Source: Anaeramoeba ignava BMAN (Eukaryota; Protista; Anaeramoebae). From it: a stretch of DNA of 64,000 nt. The first letter of the stretch is position 1. The number at the start of each line of letters is the position of its first letter. Both the position numbers and the translations under genes were made by a program. This document shows, one piece after another, positions 27,879-40,913 of the stretch. The notes below the pieces were generated by a model. It did no database searches. It was given only the letters and a program-made list of their open reading frames with translations, and was not told the origin of the DNA. The stretch is from contig JAPDFW010000083.1 in assembly GCA_028826165.1 (NCBI GenBank), positions 186,001 through 250,000 on the forward strand. Direction: 5' to 3'.

Positions 27879-27999
27879 AATCAATCAAGAATATTATTCT
27901 GTTGATGTTTTTATTGTTGTTATTTTTATTCAAAAAATTAAAATCAAAATCAAAATTAAAATTAAAATTGAAATGAAATGAATTCAATTATTTTTTTTT

Positions 28000-30186
28000 T
28001 TATTTTTCTTTTTTTGAATTCAAAACTATTTCTGATTGAGATTTTGTAATTTTTTTTTTGTTTTGTAAAACATTTTGATTTTTCAAATTTTTCAAATTTT
28101 TTTCACTTTGACTATTATTGTTATTATTTTGGATATTTTCTTTTTCTTTTTCTTTTTCTTTTTCATTTTCATTTTGATTTTGATTTTCATTTTGATTTTC
28201 TTCTTCTTTTAAATTGAATCTTTTTTTCAAAAAATTTGCCATTTGGCTTTGGCGATGTTTGATAAAATTCTCATTCAATTTAACATGTTTCAAATATCCA
28301 TCAGCATTACAATTAATCAAGTGAGCTTTTCTACAAATCATTGCTTTAACACGATTAGCAAATTGAGTAGAAGTTTCATCAGGTAATTTATTTTGGGGAG
28401 GAAAAAAATAAACATCGGCAATAACAGCCCAAGAAGCCCATAAGGAAAGCGTGTGCATAAGGAATGATTGCTCACGACTGTTCCAGTAGGCGTTGGCAAA
28501 AAGCTTGTTGTATTTGATAGCAATTGGGATAATAGTTGCATCCAATTCAAAAGCACCTTTTTTAAACATAACACAATATTCATTGTTAACACATGTTCCT
28601 TCAGGAAATAACAACAACGGAACATTCCCTGAGTTTAAGCGGTTTTTAATCTTGCGAATAGCCGATTGTCTGTCCTTTGTTTCCCAGCGCTCGAACCATA
28701 CAGGATCCAAAGCGGCGAACACATAGTTCTGAAGAAAACCAACAAATCCCGAATGTCGCTGTCCGACAATTGAGCAAGGTTGTCTTCTGAACAAGAGAAC
28801 TACATCGTTAAGCGTGGTATGGTTTGCTACGAAAACCAGACTCTTTCCGTTGTTTGTTGTTTTTGGTGGGATTGTTCCGTGGTATCGAACTACTGCTGAC
28901 CACGAGACAAAACACAACAATGCCCATGATTTGATCATATATGTTTGGAATTTTAGTTTCTTCTGTTTGTTTTTCATCAGAATAAGTGACCCGATTATGA
29001 ATATAACTGCTATCAGAAAGAATCCTCCAACCCAAATTAATACACGAAGTGGGAATAGTACTAAATAGCGAAATAATACTCCTAATATCCATACTGGATA
29101 TAAATATTTTTCAAAATTCCATGGTTTGTAGTTTTTTTTTTTAAATGCTCGTGAGAATTGATCATCAACAATTACTTGCATTCCTTCTGAAACAAATTTT
29201 GCTGCTTCAAAAAAATCTCCATTTGTACTAAATTCAATTTTAATTTATTCAATTCAATTCAAATTCAATTCAATTTTAATTTAATTTAATTCAATTTATT
29301 TAATTTAATTCAATTTTTTAATTAATTTAATTCAATTTTAATCAATTTTAATTCAATTTTAATTCAATTCAATATTCAATTTATTTTAATTCAATTCAAT
29401 TCAATTCAATTATTTAATTCAATTCAATTCAATTTAATTCAAATATTTAATTCAATTATTTAATTCAATTTTATTCAATTCAATTTAATTCAATATTCAA
29501 TTCAATTCAATTTATTTATTTAATTTATTCAATTCAATTTTAATTTTATTAATTCAATTTAATTCAATTCAAATTCAATTCAATTTAATTCAATATTTAA
29601 TTCAATTTTATTCATTTTTATTCATTTAATTCAATTTAATTTAATTCAATTTAATTTAATTTAATTTAATTAATTCAATTCAATTCAATATTCAATTTAT
29701 TTTAATTCAATATTCAATTCAATTCAAATTCAATTTATTTATTTAATTTATTTAATTTAATTCAATTTAATTTTATTAATACAATTTAATTCAATTATTT
29801 AATTCAATTATTTTATTCAATTTAATTCAATTTTATTCATTTTTATTCAATTCAATTCAATTCAATTCAATTCAATTCAATTCAATTTTAATTTATTCAA
29901 TTCAATTTTATTAATTCAATTTAATTTATCCAATTTTTACCTTTTAATACTCAAATTTGAAATTAATTTTTCTGGCATTCTATCTTCAAATGTTTTTTGT
30001 ATCTCTTCTTTATCATCTCTTGTTAAATGTCCTATCAATGATTCTAATTTATCTCTTTATTTATTTTTTTGTAAAATTATTTTTTTTATATCAATTTTCA
30101 CAATAATTAATTTAAAAAATAATATCAAACTCTTTTGAATTTAAAGATGCATTAATTTGAGTATTTGTTAAAGGTAAATTTGTCAT
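28000..30186 (-). CDS. Glycerol-3-phosphate acyltransferase GPAT3/GPAT9-like
   Basis: VANHTTLND, FPEGTCVNN..MFKKGAF, PIAIKY and FANRVK motifs. Two upstream exons are joined by GT-AG introns to an ATG at 30186. Confidence 0.9.
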
Positions 30187-30247
30187 TCCAAAAATTTAAA
30201 AAAATGAAAAATGAAAAATGAAAAATGAAAAATTTTAATTTTGCTTT

Positions 30248-31640
30248 TTATTTTGAATTTGATTTAGATTTAGATTTATATTTAGATTTATATTTATATT
30301 TTGATTTAGATTTATATTTAGATTTATATTTATATTTTGATTTATATTTTGATTTATATTTTGATTTTGATTTTGATTTATATTTTGATTTAGATTTATA
30401 TTTTGATTTATATTTTGATTTAGATTTTGATTTTTGATTTTGATTTTGATTTTGATTTTGATTTTGATTTTGATTTTGATTTTGATTTTGATTTTGATTT
30501 TGATTTTGATTTTGATTTTGATTTTGATTTTTGATTTGATTTATATTTTGATTTTGATTTTGATTTTGATTTTGATTTTGATTTTGATTTTGATTTTGAT
30601 TTTGATTTTGATTTTGATTTTGAGTTTTGATTTTTGATTTTGAGTTTTGATTTTGATTTTGATTTATATTTTGATTTGATTTTGATTTGATTTATATTTT
30701 GATTTTTGATTTTTGATTTTGAGTTTTGATTTTGATTTTTGATTTTGATTTTGATTTTGATTTTGATTTTGATTTTGATTTTGATTTTGATTTTGATTTT
30801 GATTTTGATTTTGATTTTGATTTTGATTTTGATTTTGATTTTGATTTTGATTTTGATTTTGATTTTGATTTTGATTTTGATTTTGATTTTGATTTTGATT
30901 TTGATTTTGATTTTTATTTTAATTTTGAATTTTGATTTTGATTTTTGATTTTAATTTTGATTTTGATTTTGATTTTGATTTTGATTTTGATTTTGATTTT
31001 GATTTTGATTTTAATTTTGATTTTGATTTTGATTTTGATTTTGATTTTGATTTTGATTTTGATTTTGATTTTTGATTTTGATTTTTTGATTTATATTTTG
31101 ATTTTGATTTTGATTTTTGATTTATATTTTTTTGATTTATATTTTGATTTTGATTTAGATTTTTGAGTTTGATTTATATTTAGATTTTGATTTTGATTTA
31201 GATTTGATTTGATTTTTTTGATTTTATATTTATTTATATTTTGATTTTGATTTATATTTTTGATTTATATTTTGATTTATATTTTTGATTTTGATTTTGA
31301 TTTTTGATTTTGATTTTGAGTTTGAATTTTGATTTTGATTTTGATTTTGATTTATATTTATTTTGATTTAGATTTATATTTTGATTTAGATTTTGATTTA
31401 TATTTTGGTTTTGATTTTGATTTTGATTTAGATTTTGATTTATATTTTGATTTTGATTTTGATTTTGATTTTGATTTAGATTTATGATTTTGATTTTGAT
31501 TTGGATTGTATTTTTGGATTTTAATTTTGATTTAAATGATCCTGAATTTGAATTTGATTTTAATGATCCTGAATTTATAAAAAGGGGATAAATATTATTT
31601 GTGTGTTGAATTTTTTTGGAATTTATTGATTTTGAATTAA
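30248..31640 (-). repeat. (AAATCA)n-type hexamer repeat tract; possibly a frameshifted Lys/Ser-rich coding region
   Basis: The minus strand reads KSKSKYKS... with TCA/TCT synonymous variation and ends K-S-N-S-K-TAA at 30250-30248. Confidence 0.5.
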
Positions 31641-32199
31641 ATTTTTGACTGATTCAGTTTTTTTTTTAATAATAAAACTTAAAATAAAATTGTGATCGTT
31701 TTGATCAAGTTTAATTCAATCATATTTTTTGTGATCCTTATTAATTCCTTTGTAATATTTTCGTAATTTTTAATTCCTTTCAATTCTTTTTAATTTTTGA
31801 TTAGATTATAGATTTTTTTTTTTTTTGAAATTAATAAGATAAAAAGATAAAAGAAATTAAATAAAAAAAACAACTCAGATTTTTTCTTTTTCTTTTTTGA
31901 CTTCTCTTTTTATTAATAGTTTTATTGAGAAAATAACAAAAAGAAATCAAAAATTTGCTTTTTCTTTTTTTTTTTTTTTTATTTAAAAATTTTTTTTGAT
32001 CTTTTTTTCACTTTTTTCCTTTATAATTTTTGATATTTTCCTAATTTTAATTTTAATTTTAATTTTAATTTTAATTTTAATTTTAATTTTAATTTTAATT
32101 TTAATTTTAATTTTAATTTAAATATTAATTTTGATTTTGATTTTGATTTTAAATATTAATTTTGATTTTAATTTTGATTTTGATTTTAATTTTCTTATT

Positions 32200-32604
32200 A
32201 TGAAGAGTTTTAAACCATCTACAACAACAAAAACTGAAGAAGACAATGAGAACAATTCTTTTGAAGAAGCCAATCGATTACATCAAGAAGGATTTGAATA
32301 TTTAGATATGCAATCAATTGAACCAAACACAACAACTACAAAAGAAGAAAGAATTGGAGATTTTATTTTTAAAGATGTAATCACTCCTAGTTTTTATGAA
32401 TTAGATGTTTGTACAAGTGAATGTGAAGAAAAGATATTTTACACAATGATCGATGATAAAAAGTTGTATTTAATTGAACCTCAATCTGTAGAAGATGAAT
32501 TATTTGCTCTTCCAACAAATCATCCTTTTGTTAATATTCAAAATGTTACTTCCAAAAGATCTCAAACTATTCAATTCTTAAAGAAAATAACTCAAGATTA
32601 TTAA
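32200..32604 (+). CDS. Hypothetical acidic protein (134 aa)
   Basis: ATG at 32200 with normal coding composition; no recognised motif. Confidence 0.6.
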   Translation: MKSFKPSTTTKTEEDNENNSFEEANRLHQEGFEYLDMQSIEPNTTTTKEERIGDFIFKDVITPSFYELDVCTSECEEKIFYTMIDDKKLYLIEPQSVEDELFALPTNHPFVNIQNVTSKRSQTIQFLKKITQDY

Positions 32605-33119
32605 TTTCTTTTTGAATTTCTTTTTGAATTTCTTTTTTTGATTTCTTATTAATTCTTCTTAATTTCCTCTTTTTTTTTACTTTTTTCATTAAGTCAAAAA
32701 TAAATAAAAAGTTTTTTTTTTTCTTTTTTAAACCAAATTCTTTTTAAAAAATAAATAAAAAACTTTTTATTTCAAAAGAAAATTATTTGTTAAAAGATCT
32801 AAAATGAATTATAAGTAAATAAACTATTAATTTCATTTATTATTAAAAAAAAAGAATTTAATTTAAAAAATTTTAATTTAAAAATGATCTTTTTTCTAAT
32901 TTACAGTTATTTTAAGAAGATTTTAATTAAAATTTTCAATTAATCCTTATTAAATGAATAAGTAAATTTGAATTGAGTTTTTTTTTTTGATTTTTTTTTG
33001 ATTTTTTAAAATAAGATTCACAATTTAATTTAAATTAATGTTTCAAATGAAAATTTAATTTAAAATGATCACTTTCCAATTTTGGATCCAAAAAAAAAGT
33101 AATTTTCTAAAAGAAATTA

Positions 33120-34400
33120 AAATCAATTTTTATTAAATTTTAATCAAATTCTTATTAAATTCTAATCAAATTCTTATTAAATTCTTAATTAATTTTTTTT
33201 GGAATTTTGTCTTTAATCTAAATAAGAAAATTATTTTAAATTAAATTAATTTATATTTAATTAGAAATTTTCAAAAAGAATTTTTATTAAATTTTAATCA
33301 AATTATTATTAAATTCTTATTAAATTTTAATTAAATTTTAATTAAATTTTAATCAAATTCTTATTAAATTTTGTCTTTAATCTAAATAAGAAAATTATTT
33401 AAATTAAATTGATTTATATTTAATTAGAAATTTTCAAAAAGAATTCTTATTAAATTCTTATTAAATTTTAATCAAATTTTAATCAAATTTTAATCAAATT
33501 CTTAATTAATTTTTTTTGGAATTTTGTTATTAATCTAAATAAGAAAATTATTAAAATTAAATTAATTTATATTTAATTAGAAATTTTCAAAAAGAATTCT
33601 TATTAATTTATTATTAAATTCTTATTAAATTTTAATCAAATTTTAATCAAGTTCTTAATTAATTTTTTATTAAATTTTGTCTTTAATCTAAATAAGAAAA
33701 TTATTTAAAATTAAATTGATTTATATTTAATTAGAAATTTTCAAAAAGAATTCTTATTAAATTCTTATCAAATTCTTATTAAATTCTTATTAAATTTTAA
33801 TTAAATTCTTATTAAATTTTAATCTAATTCTTAATTAATTTGTTATTAATCTAAATAAGAAAATTATTAAAATTAAATTAATTTATATTTAATTAGAAAT
33901 TTTCAAAAAGAATTCTTATTAAATTCTTATTAAATTCTTATTAAATTTTAATTAAATTCTTATTAAATTTTAATCAAATTTTTATTAAATTTTGTTATTA
34001 ATCTAAATAAGAAAATTATTTAAAATTAAATTAATTTATATTTAATTAGAAATTTTCAAAAAGAATTCTTATTAAATTCTTATTAAATTCTTATTAAATT
34101 TTAATCAAATTCTTAATTAATTTGTTATTAAATTTTGTCTTTAATCTAAATAAGAAAATTATTTAAAATTAAATTAATTTATATTTAATTAGAAATTTTC
34201 AAAAAGAATTCTTATTAAATTTTAATCAAATTCTAATTAAATTTTAATCAAATTTTAATCAAATTCTTAATTAATTTTTTTTGGAATTTTGTCTTTAATC
34301 TAAATAAGAAAATTATTTAAAATTAAATTTTGATTTATTAAATTTAATTAGAAATTTTTTAAAAATTCTTAATTAAAATTTTAATCAAATTATTTAAATT
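33120..34400. repeat. Second tandem satellite, 143-164-bp unit with 11-bp subrepeats (~8 copies)
   Basis: taatctaaataagaaaatt occurs at 33214, 33378, 33531, 33684, 33847, 33999, 34142 and 34296. Confidence 0.9.
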
Positions 34401-34654
34401 AAATTAAATTTTTAATTAAATTTTATTAAATTTTATTTAAATTCTTATTAAAAAATTGTTTAATCAAAATTAAATTCTTTTAAATTCTTTTTAAATTGTT
34501 ATTAAAAATTTATTTAAATAGAAAATTGTTTAAAATTAAATTCTTTTTAAATTCTTTTTAAATTGTTATTAAAATTTATTTGGAAAAAAAAATTCTTATT
34601 TTAAAAATTTTTTTCATTTTTTTTTTTTCCTTTTTTTATTAAAAGAAAAAACTG

Positions 34655-36208
34655 ATGACTTCAATCCAAAAATATTTAGAACAAATTTCCCAACAAGAAA
34701 ATATTCAAAAAATATATGATTTTCTTGAACAAAAAATAAACGAATTCACAGATTTCCAACTTCAAAATAATGATTCAAATAGTTTTGTTGGATTTGGTAA
34801 TATAAAAGATAAAAAAGACGCGATAATTGTTGTTGAAATTGCCATTCCAAACATTAAAAAGGAAGAAATCGAGATCACAAAACTTGAAGAAGACGAGAAA
34901 AACAAAACATACAAAGGAAAAAACATATCAATAGTAGGCAAAATAGCAGTTTTTTTGGATATTTTGGAAAATTTCAAATCAGCCAATTGCGCGCTTTTAT
35001 TTTCGGTCATTAACGACACTTCAGACATAGCAACAACACTAAACGTGTGCAAGAGTATTCACACCAACGAGAAATACCACCTGAGTATTTATCAAGACAC
35101 AACCCTGGATCTCAATAAAGGCATTGGATTGGTGACCAATTCGACCCGACGATGGAACATGTCTCCACAACGAACAGGCAAGACTATCAAATTTATTATT
35201 GAGAAAACCTATGAGCCTGATTTCTACCAATCACAAGAAGCCGAGACAAAAGACGATTTCATGTCGCGATGTGTTGAGAAATATGAGGAACAAGAATTCG
35301 AGAATTTGGATTTCTGTTTTCCGTTGAAAAATCGGTTTGACGATCAAGAAGAGATTTCACTTGGGGATCTTGAGAAAATCTCGCGCACATTAATCCGTAC
35401 TTTAAGAAGACTCGATAACGCCCGATTAGTTCGCTTTCCAGAAAAGAGGGATGTGAAAAAATACACTGTTCAAGGATGGACTCCTCCCGAAGACTTTAAC
35501 TCGGATCTTTTAATGCAACTTCTCAGAATTCCTTCGCCTTCCGATTACGAGACAAGAGTGAGGGACTTTATAACCAACCTTCTCCATGAACACGACGTAC
35601 CGTTCATGGAATATCAAGGAAATTTATTTTGGGTTCAAGAAATGGGGCGGCCAATGCTGTGCGCACATATGGACACTGTACAGAACATCGACGACTGCAT
35701 TTACATCAGCGCAATCAAAATGGAGAACAATATTGTGTCTGGAGAGGGAATTATCGGGGCGGATGACAAATGTGGAGTTTTTGTAATTTTGGATCTTTTG
35801 GTTCGATCCAAAATCAAGTTTAATTGGCTTATTACTTGCCAAGAGGAAACTGGTTTGAATGGCTCTCGCAATTTTGTTGCCTCGGATTATGCCTATGCGC
35901 TTCTTGATTTTCCTTATTGTCTTGTTTTGGATGATATTGAATCTGGTTTGATTCGTTGTTTTGAAGTTGGTTTCGGTACTGAGGCTGTCGAGGACTTTCT
36001 TGTTAATATTGGTCGTGATTTTCAATTTTTTGGTGCTATTTCTCCTGGTATTTGTGACTCTCATATTCTCAAACAATATGTTAGTTCCCCTTCTATTTCT
36101 GTTGGTGCTTATAATATTCATACAAAAGATGAATTTGTTGATTTGAGAGCTTTGGTTAATGCAAGAGGTTTTATTGAGAAATGTCTTTTAACTGAGTTCA
36201 AAAAATAA
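34655..36208 (+). CDS. Zn-dependent peptidase (M28/M42/M20 clan) with an N-terminal degenerate peptidase-like domain; intronless
   Basis: The C-terminal half has PSPS..E, AHMDTV, GADDKCG, QEETGLNGS, LVLDD and YNIHTKDE. Confidence 0.85.
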   Translation: MTSIQKYLEQISQQENIQKIYDFLEQKINEFTDFQLQNNDSNSFVGFGNIKDKKDAIIVVEIAIPNIKKEEIEITKLEEDEKNKTYKGKNISIVGKIAVFLDILENFKSANCALLFSVINDTSDIATTLNVCKSIHTNEKYHLSIYQDTTLDLNKGIGLVTNSTRRWNMSPQRTGKTIKFIIEKTYEPDFYQSQEAETKDDFMSRCVEKYEEQEFENLDFCFPLKNRFDDQEEISLGDLEKISRTLIRTLRRLDNARLVRFPEKRDVKKYTVQGWTPPEDFNSDLLMQLLRIPSPSDYETRVRDFITNLLHEHDVPFMEYQGNLFWVQEMGRPMLCAHMDTVQNIDDCIYISAIKMENNIVSGEGIIGADDKCGVFVILDLLVRSKIKFNWLITCQEETGLNGSRNFVASDYAYALLDFPYCLVLDDIESGLIRCFEVGFGTEAVEDFLVNIGRDFQFFGAISPGICDSHILKQYVSSPSISVGAYNIHTKDEFVDLRALVNARGFIEKCLLTEFKK

Positions 36209-36319
36209 GCTTTTTTTCTTTTAATTCAATTTTCTTTTTTTTTCTTTTTTCAAATTTAAAATCAATTAGACAATACAAAACAAGAAATTTGATTTTACTT
36301 TTTGATTTTTATTTTATTT

Positions 36320-36975
36320 AAATTTGAATTAAAATTGAATTAAAATTAAATTAAAATTGATTTAAAATTGAATTAAAATTAGAATTAAAATTGAATTAAA
36401 ATTGAATTAAAATAGAATTAAAATTAAATTAAAATTGAATTAAAATTAAATTAAAATTAAATTAAAATTGAATTAAAATTGAATTAAAATTTGGATTAAA
36501 ATAAAAATTAAATTAAAATTGATTTAAAATTAAAATTAAAATTGATTTAAAATTGAATTAAAATTGAATTAAAATTGAATTAAAATTGATTTAAAATTGA
36601 TTTAAAATTAAAAAATTAAAATAAAATTAAAATTAAATTAAAATTAAATTAAATTAAAATTAAAATTGAATTAAAAATTGAATTAAAATTGAATTAAAAT
36701 TAAATTAAAATTGAATTAAAATTGAAATTAAAATTAAATTAAAATTAGAATTAAAATTAAATTAAAATTAAATTAAAATTGATTTAAAATTGAATTAAAA
36801 ATTGATTTAAAATTGATTTAAAATTGATTTAAAATTGATTTAAAATTGATTTAAAATTGATTTAAAATTGAATTAAAATTGATTTAAAATTGATTTAAAA
36901 TTGATTTAAAATTGATTTAAAATTGATTTAAAATTGATTTAAAATTAAATTAAAATTGATTTAAAATTGAAATCA
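36320..36975. repeat. Intergenic (AAAATTGAATT / AAAATTGATTT)-type minisatellite
   Basis: Visible ~11-bp tandem repeat between convergent genes. Confidence 0.85.
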
Positions 36976-36998
36976 ATTTCTTAATTCTTTTCAGAAAT

Positions 36999-39547
36999 TC
37001 ATAAAACTTTAGCCAAATTCCCTAAAGGATCATAAACTGGAAGTACTTTTGGATCCTGTTTTAAAACATCAAGTAATTCTTTCGGAAGAAGATCTTTTCT
37101 AATAGCAACTTCATAAACATGATGTTTAAACCAATTAACATTCATTGTACTAAAACCTTTTTGTTGAGTTTGATCTCCCCAACTATTTTCAACTTTGAGT
37201 TTTTGAATTTTTCCATTATCATCAACATCAACTCCACAAAAAACCATTGCATGTGTCATTGCTGATTGTCCAAATATTAATCTGTCTGCTTTTTCAAATT
37301 TCCCAATAATATCACTTCCATAAAATTCATCAATTAAAAACATTTTTTCATCAAATATTCCATTTGCTCTATCAAATTGTGGTGAAACATCACTTCCAAA
37401 CCAAACTGGTTCTTTTTGTTCGACAATAGCTTTTCTGATACATTCAAGCATAACATCAATTTCCACATTTAAATATCTAGAAAAATTATTTAATAATTAA
37501 TAATTAAAATTAAAATTAAAAATTAAAATTAAAATTAATATTAAAATTAAAATTAAAATTAAAATTAAAATTAATATTATAATTATAAATAAAATTAAAA
37601 TTAAAATTAAAATTAAAATTAAAATTAATATTAATATTAAAATTAATATAAAAATTAATATTAAAATTAATAATTAATAATTAAAATTAAAATTAAAATT
37701 AAAAATTAAAATTAAAATTAAAATTAAAATTAATATTAAAATTAAAATTAAAATTAAAATTAATATTAAAATTAAAATTAAAATTAAAATTAATATAAAA
37801 ATTAAAATTAAAATTAAAATTAAATTTAATATTAAAATTAGTAAAGTTTACCTAACAATATCACCACCATGAACATTTCCAAGATGTTCTATTGTTAACA
37901 TTTTATTATATCCTGATGTTTCTCTTGGATCATTAACAAGACAAACATAATCTTCTAATTTATGTTCAAGAGTTTTTTCCATAAATTCAATAGGAGTGAT
38001 ATTAGCCATTTTATTAAATTTTTTCTCTTTATCATAATATTCATATGTTAATAATTGAGGTGGTGTTCCAAGATGAATACAAAGAATGTTCCAAATCTCT
38101 TTTAATATCTCTTCTTTTTTTTTCCGTAATTCTTCAACGCTCTTTGTTTCTTTGTATAAATCTCTTAAAATTTTAGCTGAATATCTCAATTTAGTACATA
38201 CAACTTTATTTACTTGATAAGAAGAGGAAGAAGTAATTGTTTCTTGCATTAACTTTTCAAATAAATTTATAAATTTTAAAATTGATTTAAAATTTGATTT
38301 AAAATAAATATTACTTCTTTTGGACATAATCCGTATTTATTGCAAATTTGAGCAAACATTGTCCATTGGCCACCTTTTTTTGGATTTAATTTAAATTTAA
38401 TTCTAATTCAATTTTAATTCAAATTTTAATTTAATTTTAATTTTATTTTAATTCAATTTTAATTTAATTTTAATTTAATTTTAATTTAATTTCAATTTAA
38501 TTTAATTTTAATTTTAATTTTAATTTAATTTTAATTTAATTCTAATCCAATTTTTAATTTAATTTTAATTTAATTTTAATTCAATTTTAATTCAATTTTA
38601 TTTCAATTTTAATTTAATTTTAATTTAATTTTAATTCAAATTTAATTTTAATTCAATTTTATTTTAATTTAATTTTAATTTAATTTTAATTTTAATTTCA
38701 ATTTAATTTTAATTTAATTTTAATTTTAATTTTAATTTTAATTTTAATTTTAATTTAATTTTAATTTTAATTTTAATTTAATTTTAATTTAAATTTAATT
38801 TTAATTTAATTTTAATTTTAATTTTAATTTCAATTTTAAATCAATTTTAAATCAATTTTAAATCAATTTTAATTTTAATTTAATTTTAATTCAATTTTAA
38901 TTTAATTTTAATTTAATTTAATTTTAATCCAAATTTTAATTCAATTTTAATTCAATTTTAATTTAATTTTAATTTAATTTTAATTTAATTTTAATTTAAT
39001 TTTAATTCAATTTTAAATTAATTTTAAATTAATTTTAAATCAATTTTTATTTATAGATTTTATTACCATCATCAAGTGGTCGAGATAACAAAAATGAAAC
39101 AACTCTATCATCAGGGGATTTATCAACCATTTCAATCATTTTTTCAAGAAAAAAATTTGCTCTTTCAAATTTATCATAAAAAGCAGAAAAATTTTGAGAA
39201 AATTCAAAACCTTCAACATTTAATTTATTCATAGCTTGGTGTCTTAACATATTTAAAGAAGCAAATATCCAACACTAAAAATTAATAAAAGAAAAAAAAA
39301 AAAACGTAATTCAAATTTTAATTGTTTTAATAATATAAAAATTTACTCTTCCTGATGATTTTTGATTTGTAATTGGAACATCGGGTAATTTATTAGAAAA
39401 TGTATGCTGAGTTGTGTTTATAATTGACCAATTTCTTAAAAAATCAAGAACATTGCATGAAGTAACTGCATTTTGAAGTATTTTCTTATTCAAATTTTCT
39501 TCAAATTGTTGATGTAAATTTTGGATAAATTTTGAAGTTAAAGCCAT
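36999..39547 (-). CDS. BLMH: Bleomycin hydrolase / aminopeptidase C (peptidase C1B)
   Basis: Spliced NQKSSGRCWIF (catalytic Cys), DDGGQW, PVWFGSDV, MTHAM (His), KVENSWG (Asn) and YDPLGNLA; four GT-AG introns. Confidence 0.93.
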
Positions 39548-39634
39548 TCTTTTTTTTAATTTTTAAAAAAGAGAAAAATGAAAAAATGAAAAAGCAAAAA
39601 AGTTTTATTAATAAAAAAAATAATAAATTTTTAT

Positions 39635-40831
39635 TTAAAAATTAAAATTCATTTCTTGAGAATTTTGTGAAAAATGGTAAGCTGTCAAAACTAAAGAAAT
39701 ACCAATAAAAATACTTATCCAAACAAACAAATTGCCAAATTTGCGAGTGAAACGAGGGAAAAATATATTCAAAGAAACCAACGGGATTTGTAAAACCAAA
39801 ATCAAAGTAATCCAAGGATGAAATTTTCCCGAAATGCAAAAAATAATAAAATCATGCAAAAGTCCCGAAATGAAAAACGTTAAAAATAAACTCCAAAAAC
39901 GAGGGAAACCGACTCTTCTGAAATCTTTGTAAAGATGTTCTTTTAGCCAGTTGTTAATATACGCATTCCATTTAATCCAAAACTGTCCATGATCAATTGA
40001 TTTCCACCAATCCAAATAAAACGAATTAAGATCCAAAAATCCAACCAATTCTGCCTTCAAATTCAACCAGCAATGGAAAAGAAAATAAAACATCGGAAAC
40101 CACATCAAACATGAAAAGGGAATCAATTTCTGCCAAGTTTCAACTATGCAAATAAAAAGTGAATTTTTGCATTGATTTGCTTGTTCGAAAATGGGAAGAA
40201 ATTGGAAAACCCAAATCAAATACATCAGATTCATGCACATGATTCCTAGAACAATTTGGCTAATAATTCTTGAGAATTCTCGTCTTTTTGGTTGGAATTT
40301 TAATGTTTTGTCTGAATAAACAAGCAAAGGCGCAAACAAAAATCTCCACAAATAATTTTCCTTTTTTGAGACACTTGATCTCAAATAGAAAATTGTGAAC
40401 GAATGATATTTCATTGACAAAAGTGTTGAATGAGTGGCAATAATTGCTTTTGAAGCCAAACCAAATTGATTTGGATCGAAATGAATCACAAAAAAGTTGA
40501 AAACAATAAAAAGTAATTGAGTCACAATGTAAAAAGTTATTGACCGAATTTGCAAATTAATTTTCATCATTATTCCAAATACTAAAATCAATCCAAAATA
40601 TAAAATAACCACAAAATGTGTTCCTTTCATCATCAATAAAAAATAATCAATTTTAACTGTAAATTTTCCTGTTTTGGATTTTTCATTAAATAATATCGTT
40701 AATCCCAATATAAGGTATAAAGCTATTCCTAAATTTACAACCCAATTCATTTCTGGTTTTTCCAAATCAGGTATTTGTTTTTGAAAAATTTCTTTTATTT
40801 CTTTTATTTCTTTTGTTTGATTTTTATTCAT
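39635..40831 (-). CDS. MBOAT-family acyltransferase (sterol O-acyltransferase/DGAT1-like)
   Basis: MKYHSF, FLFAPLLVY, FHCWLN..AEL, FYLDWW, FWIKWN and FFISGLLHDF (catalytic His). Confidence 0.88.
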   Translation of the reverse strand: MNKNQTKEIKEIKEIFQKQIPDLEKPEMNWVVNLGIALYLILGLTILFNEKSKTGKFTVKIDYFLLMMKGTHFVVILYFGLILVFGIMMKINLQIRSITFYIVTQLLFIVFNFFVIHFDPNQFGLASKAIIATHSTLLSMKYHSFTIFYLRSSVSKKENYLWRFLFAPLLVYSDKTLKFQPKRREFSRIISQIVLGIMCMNLMYLIWVFQFLPIFEQANQCKNSLFICIVETWQKLIPFSCLMWFPMFYFLFHCWLNLKAELVGFLDLNSFYLDWWKSIDHGQFWIKWNAYINNWLKEHLYKDFRRVGFPRFWSLFLTFFISGLLHDFIIFCISGKFHPWITLILVLQIPLVSLNIFFPRFTRKFGNLFVWISIFIGISLVLTAYHFSQNSQEMNFNF

Positions 40832-40913
40832 TTATTCAAAACAACCAAAAAAAATGAAAAAAAAAATTTTGAAAAAATAAATCATTTTTCTTTTTTCATT
40901 TTTTTTTTTTGAA

